A stretch of DNA of 40,749 bases, from positions 1 to 40,749 of the forward strand of contig JAYUGC010000018.1 in assembly GCA_043767805.1 (NCBI GenBank). The letters run 5' to 3'. Of this stretch, positions 33,974 through 40,749 are shown piece by piece (within the stretch, counting starts at the first letter, position 1; the number at the start of each line of letters is the position of its first letter). The position numbers and the translations under genes are program-made. The stretch comes from Pseudomonadota bacterium (GTDB lineage Bacteria > Bdellovibrionota > FAC87 > UBA2466). The notes under the pieces were generated by a model, which had not been told where the DNA came from, ran no database searches, and saw only the letters and a program-made list of their open reading frames with translations.

Positions 33974-36256
33974 TCAGGCTTTCTTGTAATCGAAAGTGAG
34001 CTTGCCGCCCGACTCGCCCACCTTGATGGAACCACCTTCGGAGACTTTTCCGAAGAGAAGCTCGTCGACCAGCGGCTTCTTCACGTGCTCGTCGATGGTG
34101 CGGGCCAAGGGGCGCGCGCCGTACGCGGGGTCATAGCCCTTGGAGATGATCCACTTGCGCGCCGGCAAAGTGACGTCGAGAACGACCTTCTGTTCTTTCA
34201 GCTGATCGGCGAGTTCCTTGATGAACTTATCGACCACCAGGAGCAGGACGGGCTCTTCCAGTCCCTTGAAGGACACCACCGCATCGAGGCGGTTGATGAA
34301 CTCAGGGGGAAAAGCCCGCTTCACAGCTTCGAGCGATCGGCCGCCTTCCGTGTCGGGGCGGATGCCGATGCCGGGCTTACCGAGCTCGCGGGCTCCCGCA
34401 TTCGAAGTGAGAATCAAAATGACGTTTCTAAAGTCGACGAGCTTACCGGTGCTGTCAGTCAATCGGCCACTATCCATGACTTGGAGTAGGACGTTGCCGA
34501 TATCCTGGTGGGCTTTTTCCATCTCATCGAGAAGGAGCACGGTGTAAGGATTTTTCGAGACCGCCTCGGTCAACAGACCGCCTTCGTCGTACCCGACATA
34601 GCCCGGAGGCGCTCCTACCAAGCGAGCCACGGAATGCTTCTCCATATACTCGCTCATGTCGAAGCGCGTGAGCTCGACCCCCATGATGCGGGCGAGTTGT
34701 TTGGAGACTTCCGTCTTTCCGACGCCCGTGGGCCCGGTGAAAAGATAACAGCCGATGGGCTTATTCGGATTTCTGAGTCCGCTTCGCGAGAGCTTGATGG
34801 CGGTGGCGAGCTTTCCGATGGCCTCGTCTTGACCGAAGATGACCGCCTTCAAGTCCGCTTCGAGGGTCTTCAGCTGAGACTTGTCGTTCGTCGACACGCT
34901 CTTCGGCGGCACTTTCGAAATGGAGGCGACGACCGCTTCGATATCGTCGATGGAAACGGTTTTCTTACCCTTCTTGATCTTGATGCGCGCCGCCGCTTCG
35001 TCCATGACGTCGATGGCTTTGTCCGGAAGGGGGCGGCCGTGAATATAGCGCGCGGAGAGATCGACCGCCGCTTGCACGGCGCCCTTATCGAAAGTCACGT
35101 CGTGAAACTCTTCGTAACGGGCGCGCAGCCCTTCCAAAATGAGGCCCGCTTCCTCAAGAGAGGGTTCCTTGATGTCGATGCGCTGGAACCGGCGAATGAA
35201 CGCACGATCTTTTTCGAGATACGCGTGAAACTCTTTGTGCGTCGTCGACCCAAGGCACGTGAGCGTGCGATTGGCCAAGGCGGGCTTGAGCAGATTAGAC
35301 GCATCCATCGAGCCGCCGCTGGTGGCGCCCGCGCCGATGAGGGTATGAATCTCGTCGACGAAAAGGATGGCGTGCTTTTTCTTCTCGAGCGCTTTGACCA
35401 CGGCTTTCAGCCGCTGCTCGAAATCCCCGCGATATTTCGTGCCCGCGAGTAAGCCTCCCATGTCGAGGGAGTAGATCTCGGCGTCTTTGAGCACGTCCGG
35501 AACGGTGCCATTGACGATACCGAGCGCCAAGCCATCGGCAATGGCGGTCTTTCCCACGCCGGGATCGCCGACCAAAAGCGGATTATTCTTAGTACGGCGG
35601 CACAAGATCTGGATGACTCGCTCGATGATGTCTTCCCGGCCGATGAGGGGATCGATCTTCCCCTCTTTGGCCCGGGCGTTCAAATGGACGGTGAAAGCTT
35701 CGAGCGGATCGCCCTTGGAGCCGGCCCCTTCTCCGGGTTGCGCGCCCTCTTCGCCGGCTTCCTCCTGCGATTCTCCCGGAACGACCGATTCGGAGTCTTT
35801 CGGAATCCCATGCGAAACGTAATTGATGACGTCGAAACGGGTGACCCCGAGCTCCGCCAAAAAGTGTACGGCATGGGACTGCGCTTCGGGAAAGAGCGCA
35901 ATGAGAAGCGACGCCGTCGTCACTTCATCGCGGTCGGCGCTGTGCACTTGCACCACCGCCCGCTGGATGAGCCGCTGAAAAGCGAGCGTCACCTCCGGCT
36001 TCCAATCGTCGCGGGAGGGATTGCCCTCTTCACCGAAATTGACGACGGGAATGTTCTCTTCCAAAAACGTTTCGAGTCTTTTCTTCAGTTTCGTCGTGTC
36101 GCCGCCGCAGGCTTCGAGCACTTCCAGCACATCCGCGTCGGAAGTAAGCGAGAGCAATACGTGCTCCAGGGTTACGAACTCGTGGCCCCTATCGGCTGCG
36201 TAACGGACGGCCCTGTCCAGGCTCGTCTTCACAGCGGGCGTAAATCCCGTCGCCAT
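33974..36256 (-). CDS. clpA: ATP-dependent Clp protease ATP-binding subunit ClpA
   Basis: '[11 protein letters not shown]', Walker A 'GDPGVGKT' and 'GPTGVGKT', 'GIGI' ClpP-binding loop, adjacent to clpS. Confidence 0.97.
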   Translation of the reverse strand: MATGFTPAVKTSLDRAVRYAADRGHEFVTLEHVLLSLTSDADVLEVLEACGGDTTKLKKRLETFLEENIPVVNFGEEGNPSRDDWKPEVTLAFQRLIQRAVVQVHSADRDEVTTASLLIALFPEAQSHAVHFLAELGVTRFDVINYVSHGIPKDSESVVPGESQEEAGEEGAQPGEGAGSKGDPLEAFTVHLNARAKEGKIDPLIGREDIIERVIQILCRRTKNNPLLVGDPGVGKTAIADGLALGIVNGTVPDVLKDAEIYSLDMGGLLAGTKYRGDFEQRLKAVVKALEKKKHAILFVDEIHTLIGAGATSGGSMDASNLLKPALANRTLTCLGSTTHKEFHAYLEKDRAFIRRFQRIDIKEPSLEEAGLILEGLRARYEEFHDVTFDKGAVQAAVDLSARYIHGRPLPDKAIDVMDEAAARIKIKKGKKTVSIDDIEAVVASISKVPPKSVSTNDKSQLKTLEADLKAVIFGQDEAIGKLATAIKLSRSGLRNPNKPIGCYLFTGPTGVGKTEVSKQLARIMGVELTRFDMSEYMEKHSVARLVGAPPGYVGYDEGGLLTEAVSKNPYTVLLLDEMEKAHQDIGNVLLQVMDSGRLTDSTGKLVDFRNVILILTSNAGARELGKPGIGIRPDTEGGRSLEAVKRAFPPEFINRLDAVVSFKGLEEPVLLLVVDKFIKELADQLKEQKVVLDVTLPARKWIISKGYDPAYGARPLARTIDEHVKKPLVDELLFGKVSEGGSIKVGESGGKLTFDYKKA

Positions 36257-36257
36257 A

Positions 36258-36593
36258 CTAGGCCTCCTCGACAATGGTTTTCAGGGGATACTGATTCGCT
36301 CGCGCGTAACTGTTCACCTGAAAGGCTTTGGTCTCGGCAATCTCGTGAGTGAAAACTCCGGCGATTCCGGCTCCCCGAGTATGGACCTGCATCATCAGAG
36401 CGGTGGCATCCGAATCGTTCTTTGCGAAGAAGCGCTTGAGAACATGCACGACGAACTCGCGCGGCGTGAAGTCGTCATTCAAGATGACGACTTTATATAA
36501 AGTTGGGGACTTCGTTTCTTGAGAAGGACGAATGAGCGTTTGAGTGCCGCCCTCTCGTTCGAGCTCCCGCTGTTTTTTTTCGTCGTCGCCCAT
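36258..36593 (-). CDS. clpS: ATP-dependent Clp protease adaptor ClpS
   Basis: 'YKVVILNDDFTPREFVVHVL', 'MQVHTRG', 'EIAETKA', 'YPL'. Confidence 0.97.
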   Translation of the reverse strand: MGDDEKKQRELEREGGTQTLIRPSQETKSPTLYKVVILNDDFTPREFVVHVLKRFFAKNDSDATALMMQVHTRGAGIAGVFTHEIAETKAFQVNSYARANQYPLKTIVEEA

Positions 36594-36715
36594 AGTGATG
36601 CCCTACCGCCACCTTTAAGATAATACCGGTGAGGGGTGTGGGCAAGGCAGCAAGCGTGGCAGAGCCCGGGAGAACTTAGTTAACTATTTAATTATATTTT
36701 GGAATTTTATTTGAC

Positions 36716-37621
36716 TCAGTGACGGACGAGTTCATTGTGCAGCGTCCGAAGTCGGGCCGCGAAGACGATGCGCTGTTCGGACGAGAGCGATTCCACCAGA
36801 CGAGAGCAGATCGCATCATCGTAAGTCGGAAAACATTCGGTGGTAACCCGGCGGACCAGGACCCGGGGGCCGGTAACGCGAGAAACACCGAGCGTCACTC
36901 CAAGAACGAGCGCGAGCCCCAACGCGAGCGAGCCCCATTTGGCCGTGAGCTGGCCGAAGCGCCGGACGGCGACGAAATGATGGATACCGACGAGGATTGC
37001 GCAAAACAAAGCCACTCCGGCGGCGGGCAAAGCAAGTGGCGTCACCATGGCGTCGACCGTTTCAATCTTCCACGGAAAGGGCGGCAACTGAAACACGAGC
37101 GCCGAACGGTACGCCAAGAGACAAACCGACCAAACCAAAGACGTCCCCAGACCCAAAGTCGTGGCGTCCAGGTCGGCCAGATGAAAGTTTTGGCTGTGCA
37201 AAATCGGAGGCTGGCCGCAACGTACCAGAAACGAATTCAGCGTCCGGCAAATGAAACGGCGGTAACGGAGCCCCACCCAACCCCGGGGGTCGATAGGCAC
37301 TTCGGCCGGGAGCAAGAAAGCGCGCAACGCACGGGCACGGAAGTTAGCTGTGGACCAGGCCTTCACCCGGACCCGGGTGCCGTCCTGGCGAAGCTCGAAA
37401 TAGGTGACGAAAGCATTCCCTTCCTCCCCTAATTGGTAGAGGCGGCGGTTGGAGCGCAAAGCGACCAGGTGGTACCCATTTTCGGCAGCCCAATGCTCGA
37501 CCAAGGGCCAAATAATGCCCCTAGAAGGGAATTCCCGGGTCCAGTGACCCTCCCTATCGAGTAGCTCCTCAAGGAGCGACTCTTCTCGTAATCTCCGTCT
37601 TTTAGGGTGCTTATCGGCCAT
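36716..37621 (-). CDS. Hypothetical membrane protein
   Basis: ~300-aa ORF with a soluble N-domain and three TM segments; start ATG 37621 or GTG 37630. Confidence 0.75.
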   Translation of the reverse strand: MADKHPKRRRLREESLLEELLDREGHWTREFPSRGIIWPLVEHWAAENGYHLVALRSNRRLYQLGEEGNAFVTYFELRQDGTRVRVKAWSTANFRARALRAFLLPAEVPIDPRGWVGLRYRRFICRTLNSFLVRCGQPPILHSQNFHLADLDATTLGLGTSLVWSVCLLAYRSALVFQLPPFPWKIETVDAMVTPLALPAAGVALFCAILVGIHHFVAVRRFGQLTAKWGSLALGLALVLGVTLGVSRVTGPRVLVRRVTTECFPTYDDAICSRLVESLSSEQRIVFAARLRTLHNELVRH

Positions 37622-37679
37622 TTCCCTCACTCATCTCCGCTGCCAAGCTGTGCAAGGGAAAGGCCAGCCTGCCGTAGGC

Positions 37680-37852
37680 ACAAAATGATTCGGCCGGTCC
37701 CACCACCCAGTGAGACCGGCCGAAACGCCCTTAATTTTCGGGTCGGGAGCCCCCTCCCGTACCCTGCCTGACTTCCTTACCTAGGGAAGCGACGTCCCCC
37801 TGGAAAAAGGCTCATCCCGCAGAGATCGCCTAGTTAACGCTATCTTGTGAGG
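37680..37852 (-). ncRNA. Candidate structured sRNA or attenuator leader
   Basis: TATAAT at 37865-37860; three hairpins; the last is an 11-bp stem followed by TCATTTTGT. Confidence 0.35.
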
Positions 37853-37913
37853 GGGGTGGATTATACGGTGCGTCCAGATTAACGTCTGGCCAACTATTTG
37901 GGGGGAGAGTTCC

Positions 37914-38537
37914 ATGTATCGCATTACCTTACTGTCCTTGGTTCTAGGCGCGGTTTCCAGCTGGGCCACGGTGCCCTTTCCGGCCGCGAACTTCCCCTAC
38001 TTCGGGAAGATCGAGATTTCGAATCAGAAGGTCCAGAGCGCTTCCAATGTGGAAGCCCTCAAAGCGGAGGCCATCCAAGCCTGCCGCCTCACGCACCGAG
38101 CGCTCTTCGCCATCGAAAGCTACTACCCTGAAATTCAGGAGCTGATGGGCAGCATGGGAGCGAACTTCCCCGTCCTCTATAAGAACCGCGAGTTCTACCG
38201 TAAGCACTTGGCCAATCGCTATCAGGCTTGCACTGCCGGCAAGATTCTCTTTCGCATGCACGGCCGCTGCGCCACCGAGCGAGACACGGTCGCGTTCGTG
38301 AAAGTCACCCTCGGCTTTGTTCACTCCACCATCAACATCTGTGACGAATATTTCGCCGACACCGCCGAGACCCGCGCGGGCACGATCCTGCACGAGTACG
38401 GCCGTCTCGAGAACATCGCGGACTCCATCAAGTTCGACACGAACAACATCTACGTCTGGGACGCCATCGCCGGCCGTCTCGGAGACACCAATACGTTCAC
38501 GCAGCTCGCCGACTTGAAAGCGAAGAAGAAGCCTTAG
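37914..38537 (+). CDS. Secreted M35/aspzincin-like protein with degenerate zinc motif (HEYGR)
   Basis: Signal peptide; 'TINICDEYF...RAGTILHEYGR'. Confidence 0.7.
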   Translation: MYRITLLSLVLGAVSSWATVPFPAANFPYFGKIEISNQKVQSASNVEALKAEAIQACRLTHRALFAIESYYPEIQELMGSMGANFPVLYKNREFYRKHLANRYQACTAGKILFRMHGRCATERDTVAFVKVTLGFVHSTINICDEYFADTAETRAGTILHEYGRLENIADSIKFDTNNIYVWDAIAGRLGDTNTFTQLADLKAKKKP

Positions 38538-39952
38538 AGCTGGCTCTGGATTTCGGCGAGCGCTTCGTCGACTTCTTTTCGATGGGATCGAAAGCAAAGT
38601 ACGCAAAGGCGTAAGTGCACTTGTCCGCGCAACTTCGTGGAAGAGAGATGCACCCTTCCCCGTTTGAGTAGCTGTCCCATCAGGCGATCGGTAGCGGTAT
38701 CCGCGGCGTCTCCCTCTCCCGCTACCCGAAACGTCGCGATGGAAAGCTGGGGCGCGGGGCCCACGACGATTCCCGGGATCGCCTTTAGCTTCTCGTGAGC
38801 GTAACTGGCGAGCGTGAGCTTTTCTTCCAGCGCGGCTCGGAAGCGGGCGAGACCGTGGATCTTCAGCGAGAACCAGAGCCGTGCCGCCCGAAAATGCCGG
38901 GTGAGCTCGGGGGAATAGTCGTTGGGAGAGCGAAGATCGGAATCCGCCACGTCTCTCAGATAGTTCGCATCGAACTTGAGGCTGTCTTTGAGATCTCCCG
39001 CCTGCCGCACGAGAACCGCGCCCAGGCCGTAAGGCTGAAACAATCCTTTGTGGGGATCGAGCACGAGAGAATCGGCGAGCTCCATTCCCTCGAGTTTCGC
39101 TTTCCCCTGAACGGTGAGATAGAAAAATCCGCCGTAAGCCGCATCGACGTGAAACCAAAGCGACTCTCGTTTACAAAGCGCGGCGATGGCTTTCAAAGGA
39201 TCGATGGCACCCGTATTGGTGGTGCCCGCGGTCGCGCACACGAGCCACGGAGAAAGCCCTGCTTTGCGATCGAGCACGATCTGCCGCTCGAGCGCGGGAA
39301 CCGAAAGGCGAAGATCGTCGTCCAGCTGGATGAGGCGCCGGGGAGCCGCTTCGAGGCCCGCAATCTTCAGTGCTTTGGTGAAACAGTGATGAGCCTCGTC
39401 GGTGTAATACACGACGCTGCGGTGCCATTCGGAAAACGGACGCCCGGCGCGGGCCGCCACCAGCGCGGTGAGGGTCGCTAGCGAGCCGCCGCTTTGCAAG
39501 GTGCCCCAGCTTTCCGCCGGAAACGAAAGCAAGTCGCGCAACCAGCCCACCGCTTGATTCTCTATGTCCGCGGCTCCCGGACACGCGTGATAGGCGCCCG
39601 CGTACGGATTGGTGAGAGCCGCGACGAAATCTCCCACGGCGGCGGAAGCAATGCCTCCTCCAGGAATGTAACCAAAGAATCGGCCCGACGTGGGACTGAT
39701 GCCGTTGTGAAGCACGGTGCGATCGTAATCGGCGAGGACAGAGGCGAAGGCCTCGGGTCTTTCCGAGGGTTCGGCCGCGCCGGAGGCCACGGGCTTCAAA
39801 CCATGAAACGCTGGGCCGTCCTCGATTCGTGAGAGAAACGACGCCGAGTAAGCGCCCAGGGTTTTCCACCACTCCGCGAACGCTTCAGGCGAGGTATCGA
39901 GCAGAGAAGATTGCTTTTCCAGAACTTCGAGTGCCGCTTCCGTAGGCTTCAT
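38534..39952 (-). CDS. Group II PLP-dependent decarboxylase (aromatic amino acid decarboxylase-like)
   Basis: 'FFGYIPGGG', 'SGGSLA', 'AGTTNTGAIDPL', 'WFHVDAAYGG', 'DPHKG'. Confidence 0.93.
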   Translation of the reverse strand: MKPTEAALEVLEKQSSLLDTSPEAFAEWWKTLGAYSASFLSRIEDGPAFHGLKPVASGAAEPSERPEAFASVLADYDRTVLHNGISPTSGRFFGYIPGGGIASAAVGDFVAALTNPYAGAYHACPGAADIENQAVGWLRDLLSFPAESWGTLQSGGSLATLTALVAARAGRPFSEWHRSVVYYTDEAHHCFTKALKIAGLEAAPRRLIQLDDDLRLSVPALERQIVLDRKAGLSPWLVCATAGTTNTGAIDPLKAIAALCKRESLWFHVDAAYGGFFYLTVQGKAKLEGMELADSLVLDPHKGLFQPYGLGAVLVRQAGDLKDSLKFDANYLRDVADSDLRSPNDYSPELTRHFRAARLWFSLKIHGLARFRAALEEKLTLASYAHEKLKAIPGIVVGPAPQLSIATFRVAGEGDAADTATDRLMGQLLKRGRVHLSSTKLRGQVHLRLCVLCFRSHRKEVDEALAEIQSQL

Positions 39953-40115
39953 CCCTCCACGGTATCATCGGCGCGACCTTTGACAACCTGTCATGGCGCC
40001 TCGGTGCCCCAAGAGAAGGTGGTAACGGCCGTTAATCGGATCGGGGGCGGAAACGCTTACGAAGTGATACTCTCCCCGATACTAGAGAATGAACCCACCC
40101 TACTGGAGAACCCAA

Positions 40116-40610
40116 ATGAAACACATTCTCGGTTTACTCGTGCTCGTCACGAGCGCTTCTAGCTTCGGCCTTTCCGCGTTCCAGCTCCCGCAAATGAATC
40201 ACGCTACGCCCGGCACGATCTATGACAGCGCCGCCCACAAGGACAGTGTGTTTGTCATCGAGGCGTACTTTGACGGCTGCCACTATTGCAATGAGAACGC
40301 CCCGAATGTCGACGATATGGCGGAGTCGTTCGCCAACGAGCCCCGAGTGCAGGTGCTCGATGTCGGCATCGACCGCATGGACTCGGTGTACAAAAACTGG
40401 ATCTCCAAGCACAAGCCGAACCACCCCGTGCTGAAAGACGATAAGCGCCAGGTCATCCGTCAGCTCGGCACCTTGGGCTATCCCTCGACTTACGTCGTCG
40501 ACTGCAAAGGCAAAGTAGTTTACCAAGGCACTGGCGTCTGGGATATGAGTTCGGAAGCGCAAATGAAGGACAAGATTTCCAACGCGCTCAAAGAGACCTG
40601 CGCTAAGTAA
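40116..40610 (+). CDS. Secreted TlpA-like thioredoxin-fold protein
   Basis: Signal peptide; CHYC motif; 'GYPSTYVVDCKGKV'. Confidence 0.85.
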   Translation: MKHILGLLVLVTSASSFGLSAFQLPQMNHATPGTIYDSAAHKDSVFVIEAYFDGCHYCNENAPNVDDMAESFANEPRVQVLDVGIDRMDSVYKNWISKHKPNHPVLKDDKRQVIRQLGTLGYPSTYVVDCKGKVVYQGTGVWDMSSEAQMKDKISNALKETCAK

Positions 40611-40667
40611 GCTCGGTTTAGGGGATCGGGCGGGTTATGATTAAGTCTATCCTTCGAGGTAACTCTC

Positions 40668-40749
40668 ATGACCCGTCCCCCCTCAGGCCGACCCTTCAAT
40701 CGACGCGCGCTCAGCTGGGCCTTTTACGACTGGGCCAACTCGGCCTTCG
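40668..40749 (+). CDS. MFS transporter (UMF1/Atg22-like), 5' fragment running off the window
   Basis: RBS GAGG; MTRPPSGRPFNRRALSWAFYDWANSAF, containing the 'WAxYDWANSAF' signature. Confidence 0.85.
   Translation, partial: MTRPPSGRPFNRRALSWAFYDWANSAF

Noticed and set aside
36670..36716. AT-rich patch with TAGTTAACTA dyad as a dif or oriC site
   Set aside because: No XerC/XerD arm match and no DnaA boxes; more likely part of the clpS upstream region.

Overview
A ~60% GC bacterial chromosomal window, most likely Bdellovibrionota/Oligoflexia (inferred from a TIGR02147/DUF4423-type HTH protein, an AgmX/PglI-type TonB-C protein, a Bdellovibrio-style vWA domain and many orphan secreted proteins). 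Recognisable genes: hemH, clpS-clpA, pip, acyl-CoA dehydrogenase, enoyl-CoA hydratase, saccharopine-dehydrogenase-like oxidoreductase, PLP decarboxylase, lytic transglycosylase, M28 peptidase, metallophosphoesterase, two LysR regulators, a TlpA-like thioredoxin and a truncated MFS transporter. Accessory content: a 2039-aa adhesin with 18 Ig-like repeats, a RoxA-like di-heme cytochrome c divergent from an atypical ExbB/ExbD/AgmX operon, several Cys-rich secreted proteins, a divergent MsrB-fold lipoprotein and an HNH pseudogene. Non-coding signals read directly from the sequence: a 158-bp MITE with terminal inverted repeats and an exact 9-bp target duplication inside a small ORF; a 44-bp operator repeated on both sides of the first LysR gene, which points to an unannotated peptide + unknown-protein operon; three sigma54 promoters, one driving a candidate sRNA; a second candidate sRNA/leader; and a perfect 19-bp palindrome at a gene truncation. 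No rRNA, tRNA or CRISPR array was seen. All family calls come from motif recognition, not database searches.
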